A stretch of 64,000 nucleotides of DNA from assembly GCA_950097015.1 (NCBI GenBank), contig CATNEN010000025.1, positions 7,502,001 through 7,566,000 on the forward strand. Direction: 5' to 3'. How positions within the stretch are numbered: position 1 is the stretch's first letter; every line of letters starts with the position of its first letter. This document shows positions 11,704 to 25,285 of the stretch, piece by piece. Below the pieces are notes generated by a model. The model had not been told where the DNA came from, did not search any database, and saw only the letters and a program-made list of their open reading frames with translations. This stretch comes from Macrostomum hystrix. Taxonomy: Eukaryota; Animalia; Platyhelminthes. Made by a program: the position numbers and the translations under genes.

Positions 11704-11970
11704 TTCTGTCTGTCTGTCCTTCTGTATGTCTGTCTGTCTGTCTTGGGTGTCTGTATGTCTGTCTTGGGTGTCTGTATGTCTGTCTTGGGTGTCTGTCTGT
11801 CTTGGGTGTCTGTCTGTCTGTCTGTCTTGGGTGTCTGTCTGTCTGTCTGTCTTGGGTGTCTGTATGTCTGTCTGTCTGTCTGTCTGTCTCCCTGACTTGG
11901 GTCTGCCTGTCTGTCTGTCTTGGGTGTCTCTCTTGGGTGTCTGTTTGTCTTGGGTGTCTGTCTGTCTGTC
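10881..11970. repeat. (GTCT)n punctuated by CTTGGG; compound microsatellite
   Basis: Direct reading; explains ORFs 10759-12002. Confidence 0.96.
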
Positions 11971-12368
11971 TCATTTTCCTGTCGCGTAGAAATGAAGGGT
12001 AAATTTATCTGTCAGGCGTGTCTTCTCTGGCTTCCTTGTTCTTCAATCACCAATCCATCTTTCTAATTTCATATTTCTTGTTTAGAAGGCGCGAATGAGA
12101 AACGTATAAATGCAAAAAATGAATTAAGAAGCAACCCCTGACGGTCCTTGTGCTTAGCATTTCTTGTTTTCCTTGGTACCTTGGCGTAGGAAAACAAAAT
12201 GGGCAAGCATTGATGCAACATTTCTTAGACCTCGTAACATTGCGAATGGCATTCATTCATCAGTCAGCTGCACCTGCCCACAACCCATTAGCGTGATGGA
12301 TTTCTCTGAATCGAATAGCAGTGTCGTTGTGACTGACTTTGAATAAATGTCGTCTATCGTTGTGACTG

Positions 12369-12455
<87 letters not shown>
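12369..12455. repeat. (TCTA)n microsatellite
   Basis: About 21 perfect units. Confidence 0.97.
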
Positions 12456-12880
12456 GTCTATTTACCCTGTAATGCCCCCAAAATGCTCTTAAGAATTGGC
12501 TTAGAAGTGGTTTGAAATCCTTAATGGACACTCTTACTTCCCGTTTGAGCACTGATCCGGGATATAATTTCGCGCCGCTCAATTATTTAAAAAGTCAAGT
12601 GAGTCCTTCGTCCTTCGTACTTCGTGAGTTATTTTTTATCCCCACTTTAGTTGGACTAAAGTGGCTCTATACGTCGACTTGTAATAGTCAGTTACAGTCT
12701 AGCGGCTTTCAATTTTTTTCTGTTGTCGTCTGACGATTAGGTCAGAAATTCTTTTTTTCGTTGACAATTGTCCCTTCCGGTTTGGGTTGTACAATGTTGC
12801 CGTTTATGATTCAGGTGATTAGTGATGCAACATTTTTAATGCTAAAGTTTTGGATATTTTACTAAATGTCTGACGCAATG

Positions 12881-13073
12881 CCCAAATCCCGATATCCCAA
12901 ATCCCGATATCTCAAATCCCGATATCCCAAATCCCGATATCCCAAATCCCGATATCCCAAATCCCGATATCCCAAATCCCGATATCCCAAATCCCGATAT
13001 CCCAAATCCCGATATCCCAAATCCCGATATCCCAAATCCCGATATCCCCAATCCCGGTATCCCGAATCCCGAA
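12881..13073. repeat. 15-bp array (CCCAAATCCCGATAT)
   Basis: About 13 copies. Confidence 0.96.
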
Positions 13074-13825
13074 CTCCTAACACTCTAACTCCAAGAATAA
13101 TCCTGAAAATCGACAATGGAATATTAATCAATGTTTCAAAGTCTCAAATCAAAGTTAAAAAATATTATCATTCGTTGGCATTTTGCGCATTTCTTCTGTA
13201 ACCAGCAAGCAACACTTTCTGACGAAAAGATACAGAAATCAATTTTCGTTTGCAATTACTTAATTCATAGATTAAAAAAATTCTGGATTAGATTAAGAAA
13301 CAAAAATTCAGATCAGATCATCTTATCTCCCGGTCCACTTACGTAAAGGCCACTTCTAGCAGATGAATTTCATCCCCCCAATAAGGAGAAAGTGAGGTCA
13401 GCTTGTCAAAAAAACTCGAATCAACCCAACAGAAGGCGGAAGCAAGGCAGACAATGCGGAGGTGTTCAATGACGTGGGTCGGCCCTCCATCAGCAATATT
13501 GCAGTTTTTGGATTTGGGTGGGGGGAATGGGAAAATCGGCCTTCTAATCAGCACTGAGTGCCCGCCCCTAGGCTGTGCCATCTTATTTATCAAAATTTCC
13601 CCTCTCCGGCCCTCGAAACACAATTTTTTCTTTGCCCTCAAGCGAATCCGGTGAGGGTTGTTTCCGTCGGCTCCCAAGCCCCCGCATCATCCAGTTCCGT
13701 TTGACCCACCCCACAGATTCGACGCCTCGAGTTTGTCACAGAAGACGAGTCAGGAAGTTTAGCGCATAATTTTAAGATGAATTTGGAACAACATTCTACT
13801 CTAATCATCGTGGAGATTCAGATGG

Positions 13826-14052
13826 GACTTCAGGTAGTTTAGGAATGGGACTTCAGGTAGATAGGGATAGGACTTCAGGTAGATAGGGATAGGACTTCAG
13901 GTAGATAGGGATAGGACTTCATGTAGTTTAGTAATAGGACTTCAGGTAGTTAGGGATAGGACAGAGAGATGGAATCTCAGAGAGATGGAATCTCAGAGAG
14001 ATGTAATCTCAGAGAGATGTAATCTCAGAGAGATGGAATCTCAGAGAGATGG
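13826..14052. repeat. Two adjacent small arrays: 22-bp (GGACTTCAGGTAGATAGGGATA) then 16-bp (AGAGATGGAATCTCAG)
   Basis: About 6 copies each; boundary near 13962. Confidence 0.92.
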
Positions 14053-14363
14053 ATTGCATTATCTAATTAATCGTATTGCATTAGATAAATATGGGAAGCG
14101 TCCATACCAATCGCTTCTGTTGATTGACAACCGTAATTTGTGGTATTGATTTCCTTTATCTTTCTATGAGCTTATTACGAGCTATATACATTATAATGTA
14201 TATGCGGGATAGTTTTGTTTACATTCTTTGACCATCACAAAACATAATACTTGTGCATAAGCATATAACATAAGCAATATTGGGACACGTGAAGGGGCAA
14301 TGCCAGTGTGCAGCAGCACTGCTATTGGCATCAATACGATCGGAAACCTGGATCATAATTTTA

Positions 14364-15138
14364 AGACATCTAGATCTAACATCTCAGACATCTAGATCTA
14401 ACATCTCAGACATCTAGATCTCACATCTCAGACATCTAGATCTAACATCTCAGACATCTAGATCTAACATCTTAGACATCTAGATCTAACATCTCAGACA
14501 TCTAGATCTCACATCTCAGACATCTAGATCTCACATCTCAGACATCTAGATCTCACATCTCAGACATCTAGATCTCACATATCAGACATCTAGATCTCAC
14601 ATCTCAGACATCTAGATCTAACATCTCAGACATCTAGATCTAACATCTCAGATATCTAGATCTAACATCTCAGATATCTAGATCTCACATCTCAGACATC
14701 TAGATCTAACATATCAGACATCTAGATCTCACATCTCAGACATCTAGATCTAACATCTCAGACATCTAGATCTAACATCTCGGACATCTAGATCTAACAT
14801 CTCAGACATCTAGATCTAACATCTCGGACATCTAGATCTAACATCTAAGACATCTAGATCTAACATCTCAGACATCTAGATCTAACATCTCAGACATCTA
14901 GATCTCACATCTCAGACATCTAGATCTCACATCTCAGACATCTAGATCTAACATCTCAGACATCTAGATCTCACATCTCAGACATCTAGATCTAACAAAT
15001 CAGACATCTAGATCTCACATCTCAGACATCTAGATCTAACATCTCAGACATCTAGATCTAACATCTCGGACATCTAGATCTCACATCTCAGACATCTAGA
15101 TCTAACATCTCTGACACCAAAGATCTAACATCTCGGAC
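14364..15138. repeat. 22-bp array (AGACATCTAGATCTAACATCTC)
   Basis: About 35 copies, each with overlapping TCTAGA/AGATCT palindromes. Confidence 0.97.
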
Positions 15139-15718
15139 AATGATATTAATGAAACATGCTTCTGGGAAGAAATCATTTGGAATTTATCTTCTCCCCCCCA
15201 AACTCCGAACGAACTGGATTGGCTGGCTGGCCCGACCAACCAATGAGGATTCATCCTGGCTCCAATTGGGGGGAAGCGGACTCGAACTGTTTGTGTGACA
15301 TAGCCGCAATGGGAATGGAGTTGGACACTGGGATGAGAGTTTGGTGTGGGAGGTTGGGGTTGGCTGAGGCGACGATTGGAATGGAGACGTTGAGGGACAG
15401 TAGACAGCGGGGGCACCTCCAACGGAAATAAAATGGCAAGCAGATTTAGTCCAAGCCAGAAGCGCTATGGTACCTCCGCTGCCGGACTCAATTACAAAAA
15501 CTGCATTATGCTGTAAAACTTGAAATCTCTAGCTTTAGTCTATATTTATAAATTCGATTCATTCTGCTGAAAAATTAGTAGCGGAGCAAGCTATGTCGCT
15601 AGTTATGACAATGGAGACACTCAGATTCGCTGCTAACACTGAAGGTAAATCAACGACAGTCTGTTCTTTTTCTGTTGTTCTGTTGCGAATATTTTTTATT
15701 CGGCATATTTTTTAGATA

Positions 15719-16350
15719 TGGGATTGGGAAGATTTGGGATCAGGAATATTTGGGATCAGGAATATCTGGGATCAGGAATATCTGGGATCAGGAAGATTTG
15801 GGATCAGGAAGATTTTGGATTAGAAAGATTTGGGATCAGGAATATTTGTGATTGGGAAGATTTAGGATCATGAAGATTTGGGGTCAGCAAGATTTGGGAT
15901 CAGCAAGATTTGGAGTCAGCAAGATTTCGGATCAGGAAGATTTTGGATTAGGAAGATTTGGGATCAGGAAGATTTTGGATTAGGAAGATTTGGGATCAGC
16001 AAGATTTGGGATTGGGAAGATTTGGAATCAGTAAGATTTTGGATTGGGAATATTTGGGATCAGGAATATTTGGGATCAGGAATATTTGGGATCAGCAAGA
16101 TTTGGGATCAGCAAGATTTGGGATCAGCAAGATTTGGATCAGAAAGATTTTTGATTGGGAATATTTGGGATCAGGAAGATTTTTGATTGGGAATATTTGG
16201 GATCACGAATATTTGGGATTAGGAAGATTTTGGATATAGGAAGTTTTGGGATTGGAAGATTTGGAATCATGAAGATTTGGCATCAGGAAGATTTGGGATC
16301 AGCAAGATTTGGGATCGGGAAGATTTTGGATTGGGAAGATTTGAAATCGT
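15719..16350. repeat. Degenerate 16-bp array (TTTGGGATCAGGAAGA)
   Basis: About 39 copies. Confidence 0.94.
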
Positions 16351-16854
16351 AAAGGTTTGGAAGTAGGACGATTGAAAAATAATTATTAGGAGTTTTTAGG
16401 AGTTTTTAGGCTTTTATTACTTTGTCATTTCATTTAAATGTATAGATGTCATTGTACTCTAGTAAAAATTGGCATTTTTAACACCCAGAATACTTGGGGA
16501 AAAAATCCCAAGCATATGCAGGCAATGGACGGCCAACTGCGGTATACGCTCAGTGCAAATACCGCTTGTCATCGGCATGATACACACACACACACACACA
16601 CACATGCAAGTGTACGAGTGGGAGAATTATACGGCTCCTATATTCCACTCCCTGGGATTTATGCTCCCCTTACGAGACCCCACACGTACACGGGTCTATA
16701 ATCTCCCAAGCATGGGATGTAGCAATTGTGACTAGGCTGAAAATGAGGGTCCTTGCCCTGAAGCCTTCTCAATTTGAGTTTCTCAGGGCAAACTGCACCG
16801 CTGCATGTGCTGGGAGAAAATTGTTTAATGATTCTATGGATTTTATAGAAAGAT

Positions 16855-17208
16855 TGACACCTGTGACCCATGGGTGGGATTGGAATGTTAAACACCTGTG
16901 ACCCATGGGTGGGATTGGGATGTTAAACACCTGTGACCCATGGGTGGGATTGGGATGTTAAACACCTGTGACCCATGGGTGGGATTGGGATGTTAAACAC
17001 CTGTGACCCATGGGTGGGATTGGGATGTTAAACACCTGTGACCCATGGGTGGGATTGGGATGTTAAACACCTGTGACCCATGGGTGGGATTGGGATGTTA
17101 AACACCTGTGACCCATGGGTGGGATTGGGATGTTAAACACCTGTGACCCATGGGTGGGATTGGGAAGTTAAACACCTGTGACCCATGGGTGGGATTGGGA
17201 TGTTAAAC
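16855..17208. repeat. 35-bp minisatellite, 10 near-identical copies, immediately upstream of Islet LIM1 exon
   Basis: Unit AAACACCTGTGACCCATGGGTGGGATTGGGATGTT; period 35 (CTGTG at 16861 and 16896). Confidence 0.97.
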
Positions 17209-17236
17209 TCAGATATGCTCAAATGAATTATTGCAG

Positions 17237-17483
17237 AGCAGTCGCAGCTTCTGTCAGCGCCGCAGCCGCCTCTGCCGCAGTGCGCAGCTCCCGGCTTTGC
17301 AGAGTTTTCCCTGTGCGTTGGCTGCGGCGGAGCAATCACAGATCCCTACATCCTGCGGGTGCAGCCTGACTTGGAGTGGCACGCCAGCTGCCTGAAATGC
17401 GTAGAGTGCTCAGCTGAGCTCAACCAATCTCGCACCTGCTATGTTCGCAATGGGAAACCATACTGCAAGGCTGACTATTGCAG
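17237..17483 (+). CDS. isl: Islet LIM-homeobox, LIM1 exon (absent from the supplied ORF track)
   Basis: [49 protein letters not shown] matches Islet LIM1 (RVxPDLEWH signature). Donor AG|GTGAGC, phase 2. The acceptor could be 17237, 17242 or 17248. Confidence 0.9.
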
Positions 17484-17502
17484 GTGAGCTCATTTTGCTG
17501 CA

Positions 17503-17733
17503 TTATCTTCTATTCTATTCTATTCTATTCTATTCTATTCTATTCTTCTCTATTCTATTCTATTCTATTCTATTCTATTCTATTATATTCTATTCTATTC
17601 TATTCTTCTCTATTCTATTCTATTCTACTCTATTCTATTCCATTCTGTTCTATTCTATTCTATTCTATTCTATTCTACTCTATTATGTTCTATTTCATTC
17701 TATTCTATTCTATTATGTTCTATTCTGTTCCAT
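17503..17733. repeat. (TTCTA)n microsatellite
   Basis: About 45 units starting about 20 nt after the LIM1 donor. Confidence 0.96.
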
Positions 17734-18607
17734 TCTGCTTCGGATTTTGTCTTCAAAAGTTCCCCATAAAATATTCATACTTTACTTAGTGTCATTAGTA
17801 CTTTCAATTATTTTCAAACATTCTCCTGAAAGGGCAGCAATGGGCGATACTGAGCAGTTTCATGAAATACTTTAATAAATATTCACTATTGATATTCATA
17901 CGGAGCAATGGGCAATTATCATATCTGTGAACAGTGAAGTTTGAGTCATTTTTGCAGCCGGTGTTAACCCCAGCGTGGCATGGCAGTGACTGCCACAGCT
18001 CCGGTAACCAACTCAACACTGAACTGCAAAAAATGCATACGCCTTCACCCCAAATCCTTCTCTCTAATCCCTGGGGGGCAGGAGGGGAGCTTAGAAGCCC
18101 TCCCGACATGGCGTCCTTCTATCTATTCTCACAGTTGATGTTTTGGTTTCTTTATTAATAAAAAACAGAGTCAAACCGCTTGGCCGTAAATCGTATGGGC
18201 AGGAAGTGGCCATTGTTAGTTAGTTGACAATCGGCTAGCAGCTTCACTGCACACTCAAGGTGCGACAAATTTTTCCAATCCGCACCTTTCTCCCTCTTCC
18301 CCTCTATTTTCTCCTCTCGCTCTCTGTCTCGAAAAGTTTCCGCCCCTCGTTTTTTTTCGTGACGAAAGGGAGGGAGCTTTTTGCACGGCAGGCTTGCGTG
18401 CGCTACGGCATTGGGATTAAGGCTTAGCTTAAGGCTTATAGGGCCTGTTTGAGGCCAAAGATTACCAAAGAACAGTTAACAACTCTGGAGACAGATGAAG
18501 TTGCAAAAGCTGCCGGCTAAAGGGCTTAACAGAATTAGACAAAGGCTGACAAAGAGCCATGCTTAGGCATGGGAGTTTGGGAAAACTGTGTAACTCGTGG
18601 GTCGAAG

Positions 18608-19200
18608 ACAGATGAGAGATGAGACAGGGGAGAGATGAGACAGGAGAGAGATGAGACAGGAGAGAGATGAGACTGTAGAGAGATGAGACAGGAGAGAGAT
18701 GAGACTGTAGAGAGATGAGACACGGAGAGATGAGGCACGAGAGAGATGAGACAGGGAGATATGAGGCACGAGAGAGATAAGACAGGAGAGATATGAGACA
18801 GGAGAGAGATGAGACTGGAGAGAGATGAGACTGGAGAGATACGAGACAGGAGAGAGATGAGACTGGAGAGAGATGAGACACGGGAGAGATGAGACACGGG
18901 AGAGATGAGACTGGAGAGAGATGACACTGGAGAGAGACGAGACAGGAGAGAGATGAGACTGGAGAGAGATGAGACACGGGAGAGATGAGACACGGAGAGA
19001 TGAGGCACGAGAGAGATGAGACAGGGAGATATGAGGCACGAGAGAGATGAGACAGGAGAGATATGAGACAGGAGAGAGATGAGACTGGAGAGAGATGAGA
19101 CACGGGAGAGATGAGAAACCGGAGAGATGAGATAGACAAGGTATGAGACAGAAGAAAGATTATTCAGGGCAGAGGTGAGACACTGGGGAGATGAGACACA
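18608..19200. repeat. GA-rich 16-bp array (GAGAGATGAGACAGGA)
   Basis: Tandem, moderately degenerate. Confidence 0.94.
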
Positions 19201-20050
19201 GCGAGCTGTCACATCGGAGTGAGAGAGAGAGAGTAGGTGTTGGTGGGGGCCAGGACAAGCCCGCGGGACTGGAGGTAGCCGAGCCCAGACCCAGCAAGCT
19301 GGTCTGAAAACATTTGGCCTTAGGTGAGGCTTCCAGCCCGCATGATGCGTGTCCCCCAGTCTTTGCCGTGCCCGGCATCCCTAGGTGGCGAAGCATTGTC
19401 GCACCTCCTGTATCTAGCATGATGACGAAGATAAAGGGAGACGCTGGGGCTGGGGAATAACACTGGAATTTAGCGAAGGGGATTATAGAGGCATTTACCC
19501 AATCCAGAATTGAGTTGTTTTTTTATATTTATAAATTTAGCATAGGCCCACCGGACCGCATAGAGAGAACCAGTCACTCAGTCACCCTCTTTGGTGCTGA
19601 TGCGGGCTTGCGGTCTGAGGGAGGAGGCTGAGAGGCAGGGTTGAGCAAATGGCAGGTGGATGACAGGTAGGTGAGAGAAAAAAAAACGCATAGCTGTCTG
19701 CCTGTATTATTACTGAATATTATACAGATATACGAGTATCTACTTATTTTTCAAAGGAAATTAATCAATGATTGAAATAGATGACACCGCTCGCGTCGCT
19801 GAGATTTTTCGCAATAAAAAATGCATAATAACAGAAAATCAATAACACACACTATTGATTGTTTTCAGCTCAGTAAATATTCAAATTTGAGGGCTATTTT
19901 GATTTCTAAGGAAAGACAATGTGCTGGTAAAATATATGCTTCAGTTTTACACTAAAAGGTCTTCTCTTGTAGTGATTTAAAAAATGGTTTAAGAAGATTC
20001 TAATGTTAGAACATTATTATACCGTAGGTATTTTAGAAAAATTATAGTTA

Positions 20051-21729
20051 GGGAAGATTCTAGTTTGAGAAGATTCTAGCTTGGAAAGATTCTAGTTTGG
20101 AAAGATTCTAGTTTGGAAAGATTCTAGTTTGGAAAGATTCTAGTTTGGAAAGATTCTAGTTTGGAAAGATTCTAGTTTGGAAAGATTCTAGTTTGAGTAG
20201 ATTCTAGTTTGGGGAAATTCTATTTCGGGAAGATTCTAGTTTGGGAAGATTCTAGTTTGAGAAGATTCTAGTTTGGGTAAATTCTATTTCGGGAAGATTC
20301 TAGTTTGGGAAGATTCTAGTTTGGGAAGATTCTAGTTTGGGGAAATTCTAGTTTGTGAAGATTCTAGTTTATGGAAGATTCTAGTTTATGGAAGATTCTA
20401 GTTTGGGGAAATTCTATTTTATGGAAGATTCTAGTTTATGGAAGATTCTAGTTTGGAAAGATTCTAGTTTGGAAAGATTCTAGTTTGGAAAGATTCTAGT
20501 TTGGAAAGATTCTAGTTTGAGTAGATTCTAGTTTGGGGAAATTCTATTTCGGGAAGATTCTAGTTTGGGAAGATTCTAGTTTGAGAAGATTCTAGTTTGG
20601 GTAAATTCTATTTCGGGAAGATTCTAGTTTGGGAAGATTCTAGTTTGGGAAGATTCTAGTTTGGGGAAATTCTAGTTTGTGAAGATTCTAGTTTATGGAA
20701 GATTCTAGTTTATGGAAGATTCTAGTTTGGGGAAATTCTATTTTATGGAAGATTCTAGTTTATGGAAGATTCTAGTTTGGGAAGATTCTAGTTTGGGAAG
20801 ATTCTAGTTTGGGAAGATTCTAGTTTGGGGAAGTTCTATTTTATGGAAGATTCTAGTTTATGGAAGATTCTAGTTTGGGAAGATTCTAGTTTGGGAAGAC
20901 TCTAGTTTATGGAAGTTTCTATTTTGGGAAGATTCTAGTTTGGGAAGATTCTAGTTTGGAAAGATTCTAGTTTGGGGAAATTCTATTTTATGGAAGATTC
21001 TAGTTTATGGAAGATTCTAGTTTATGGAAGATTCTAGTTTGGGAAGATTCTAGTTTATGGAAGTTTCTATTTTGGGAAGATTCTAGTTTGGGAAGATTCT
21101 AGTTTGGAAAGATTCTAGTTTGGGGAAATTCTATTTTATGGAAGATTCTAGTTTATGGAAGATTCTAGTTTGAGAAGATTCTAGTTTGGGGAAATTCTAG
21201 TTTGTGAAGATTCTAGTTTATGGAAGATTCTAGTTTATGGAAGATTCTAGTTTGGGGAAATTCTATTTTATGGAAGATTCTAGTTTATGGAAGATTCTAG
21301 TTTGGGAAGATTCTAGTTTGGGAAGATTCTAGTTTGGGAAGATTCTAGTTTGGGGAAGTTCTATTTTATGGAAGATTCTAGTTTATGGAAGATTCTAGTT
21401 TGGGAAGATTCTAGTTTGGGAAGACTCTAGTTTATGGAAGTTTCTATTTTGGGAAGATTCTAGTTTGGGAAGATTCTAGTTTGGAAAGATTCTAGTTTGG
21501 GGAAATTCTATTTTATGGAAGATTCTAGTTTATGGAAGATTCTAGTTTATGGAAGATTCTAGTTTGGGAAGATTCTAGTTTATGGAAGTTTCTATTTTGG
21601 GAAGATTCTAGTTTGGGAAGATTCTAGTTTGGAAAGATTCTAGTTTGGGGAAATTCTATTTTATGGAAGATTCTAGTTTATAGAAGATTCTAGTTTATGG
21701 AAGATTCTAGTTTGGGAAGATTCTAGTTT
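20051..21729. repeat. 16-bp satellite (GAAGATTCTAGTTTGG) with internal block duplications
   Basis: About 100 copies; rare variants recur at 324-bp and 525-bp spacing. Confidence 0.97.
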
Positions 21730-21803
21730 TAAGATATTATTTTTTGGAAGGTTGCAGTTTGAGAAGATTCGAAAAGTCTCCCCTTTCCTCCCTTATCTTG
21801 TAG

Positions 21804-22180
21804 ATTATTTGCCAGCCGTTGCGCAAAATGCGATGTGGCCTTCGGGCGCACCGAGCTGGTCATGCGGGCCCGGTCAAAAGCCTACCACCTGGATTGTTTC
21901 CGCTGCTGCGCCTGCGCAAAGCAGTTGCTGCCGGGTGAGCAATTTGCATTGCGAGGCGGTCGACTCTATTGTCGGTCGGATTTTGTCGTTGCCGCGGCTG
22001 CGGCGGCTGACCGATCGCTGGGCGACTCCCTCGTTGATGACACGGACGGGGAACTGAACAATTTCGGACACAGAAAACTCCTAGGCCTGAGCAGCAGCAG
22101 CAGCTGCTGCAACAACAATAACAACAATAGCTGCAGCAGTAACAATAACATCAACGACTTTGAGGGAGACAGCGGAGACG
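21804..22180 (+). CDS. isl: Islet LIM2 exon plus low-complexity linker
   Basis: CCTTATCTTGTAG|A completes Arg (phase 2). LFASRCAKC..LVMRARSKAYHLDCFRCCACAKQLLPGEQFALR..LYCRSD is Islet LIM2. Donor G|GTGAGA, phase 1. Confidence 0.93.
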
Positions 22181-22210
22181 GTGAGACGAGCTGGGGTGTT
22201 TCTGGAGACC

Positions 22211-25200
22211 GGTAGACTCATAGATTAAGGGACTGGTAGACTCATAGATTAAGGGACTGGTAGACTCATAGATTAAGGGACTGGTAGACTCTTAGATTAG
22301 GAGACTTGTAGATTCTTAGATTAGGAGACTTGTAGAATCATAGATTAGGAGACTGACTGGTAGACTCTTAGATTAGGAGACTGACTGGTAGACTCTTAGA
22401 TTAGGAGACTTGTAGATTCTTAGATTAGGAGACTTGTAGAATCATAGATTAGGAGACTGACTGGTAGACTCTTAGATTAGGAGACTTGTAGAATCATAGA
22501 TTAGGAGACTGACTGGTAGACTCTTAGATTAGGAGACTTGTAGATTCTTAGATTAGGAGACTTGTAGAATCATAGATTAGGAGACTGACTGGTAGACTCT
22601 TAGATTAGGAGACTTGTAGAATCATAGATGGTAGACTAATAGATTAAGGGACTGGTAGACTAATAGATTAAGGGACTGGTAGACTAATAGATTAAGGGAC
22701 TGGTAGACTAATAGATTAAGGGACTGGTAGACTAATAGATTAAGGGATTGGTAGACTCATAGATTAAGGGACTGGTAGACTTATAGATTAAGGGATTGGT
22801 AGACTCATAGATTAAGGGATTGGTAGACTCATAGATTAAGGGACTGGTAGACTCATAGATTAAGGGATTGGTAGACTCATAGATTAAGGGATTGGTAGAC
22901 TCATAGATTAAGGGATTGGTAGACTCATAGATTAAGGGACTGGTAGACTCATAGATTAAGGGACTGGTAGACTAATAGATTAAGGGACTGGTAGACTCAT
23001 CGATTAAGGGACTGGTAGACTAATAGATTAAGGGATTGGTAGACTCATAGATTAAGGGACTGGTAGACTCATAGATTAAGGGATTGGTAGACTCATAGAT
23101 TAAGGGACTGGTAGACTCATAGATTAAGGGACTGGTAGACTCATAGATTAAGGGACTGGTAGACTCATAGATTAAGGGACTGGTAGACTCATAGATTAAG
23201 GGACTGGTAGACTAATAGATTAAGGGACTGGTAGACTCATAGATTAAGGGACTGGTAGACTCATAGATTAAGGGACTGGTAGACTTATAGATTAAGGGAC
23301 TGGTAGACTCATAGATTAAGGGACTGGTAGACTCATAGATTAAGGGACTGGTAGACTCATAGATTAAGGGACTGGTAGACTCATAGATTAAGGGACTGGT
23401 AGACTCATAGATTAAGGGACTGGTAGACTCATAGATTAAGGGACTGGTAGACTCATAGATTAAGGGACTGGTAGACTCATAGATTAAGGGACTGGTAGAC
23501 TCTTAGATTAGGAGACTGACTGGTAGACTCTTAGATTAGAAGACTGACTGGTAGACTCTTAGATTAGGAGACTGATTGGTAGACTCTTAGATTAGGAGAC
23601 TGACTGGTAGACTCTTAGATTAGGAGACTAGTATAATCATAGATTAGGAGACTGACTGGTAGACTCTTAGATTAGAAGACTGACTGGTAGACTCTTAGAT
23701 TAGGAGACTGACTGGTAGACTCTTAGATTAGGAGACTAGTATAATCATAGATTAGGAGACTGACTGGTAGACTCTTAGATTAGGAGACTTGTAGATTCTT
23801 AGATTAGGAGACTTGTAGAATCATAGATTAGGAGACTGACTGGTAGACTCTTAGATTAGGAGACTAGTATAATCATAGATTAGGAGACTGACTGGTAGAC
23901 TCTTAGATTAGGAGACTTGTAGATTCTTAGATTAGGAGACTTGTAGAATCATAGATTAGGAGACTGACTGGTAGACTCTTAGATTAGGAGACTTGTAGAA
24001 TCATAGATTAGGAGACTGACTGGTAGACTCTTAGATTAGGAGACTTGTAGAATCATAGATTAGGAGACTGACTGGTAGACTCTTAGATTAGGAGACTTGT
24101 AGAATCATAGATTAGGAGACTGACTGGTAGACTCTTAGATTAGGAGACTTGTAGAATCATAGATTAGGAGACTGACTGGTAGACTCTTAGATTAGGAGAC
24201 TTGTAGAATCATAGATGGTAGACTCATAGATTAAGGGACTGGTAGACTCATAGATTAAGGGACTGGTAGACTCATAGATTAAGGGACTGGTAGACTCATA
24301 GATTAAGGGACTGGTAGACTCTTAGATTAGGAGACTGACTGGTAGACTCTTAGATTAGAAGACTGACTGGTAGACTCTTAGATTAGGAGACTGATTGGTA
24401 GACTCTTAGATTAGGAGACTGACTGGTAGACTCTTAGATTAGGAGACTAGTATAATCATAGATTAGGAGACTGACTGGTAGACTCTTAGATTAGAAGACT
24501 GACTGGTAGACTCTTAGATTAGGAGACTGACTGGTAGACTCTTAGATTAGGAGACTAGTATAATCATAGATTAGGAGACTGACTGGTAGACTCTTAGATT
24601 AGGAGACTTGTAGAATCATAGATTAGGAGACTGACTGGTAGACTCTTAGATTAGGAGACTTGTAGAATCATAGATTAGGAGACTGACTGGTAGACTCTTA
24701 GATTAGGAGACTTGTAGAATCATAGATGGTAGACTCATAGATTAAGGGACTGGTAGACTCATAGATTAAGGGACTGGTAGACTCATAGATTAAGGGATTG
24801 GTAGACTCATAGATTAAGGGACTGGTAGACTCATAGATTAAGGGACTGGTAGACTCATAGATTAAGGGACTGGTAGACTAATAGATTAAGGGACTGGTAG
24901 ACTAATAGATTAAGGGATTGGTAGACTCATAGATTAAGGGACTGGTAGACTAATAGATTAAGGGATTGGTAGACTCATAGATTAAGGGATTGGTAGACTC
25001 GTAGATTAAGGGACTGGTAGACTAATAGATTAAGGGATTGGTAGACTCATAGATTAAGGGATTGGTAGACTCATAGATTAAGGGATTGGTAGACTCATAG
25101 ATTAAGGGACTGGTAGACTCATAGATTAAGGGACTGGTAGACTAATAGATTAAGGGACTGGTAGACTAATAGATTAAGGGACTGGTAGACTAATAGATTA

Positions 25201-25285
25201 AGGGACTGGTAGACTCATAGATTAAGGGACTGGTAGACTCATAGATTAAAGGACTGGTAGACTCATAGATTAGGAGACTCATAGA
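22211..25285. repeat. 3.1-kb satellite alternating blocks of 24-bp (GGTAGACTCATAGATTAAGGGACT) and 24/28-bp (..TAGATTAGGAGACT..) subtypes
   Basis: Direct reading; starts 30 nt after the LIM2 donor. Confidence 0.97.

Noticed and set aside
10759-12002. 350-390 aa VCLS-rich ORFs
   Set aside because: (GTCT)n compound microsatellite open in all three + frames.
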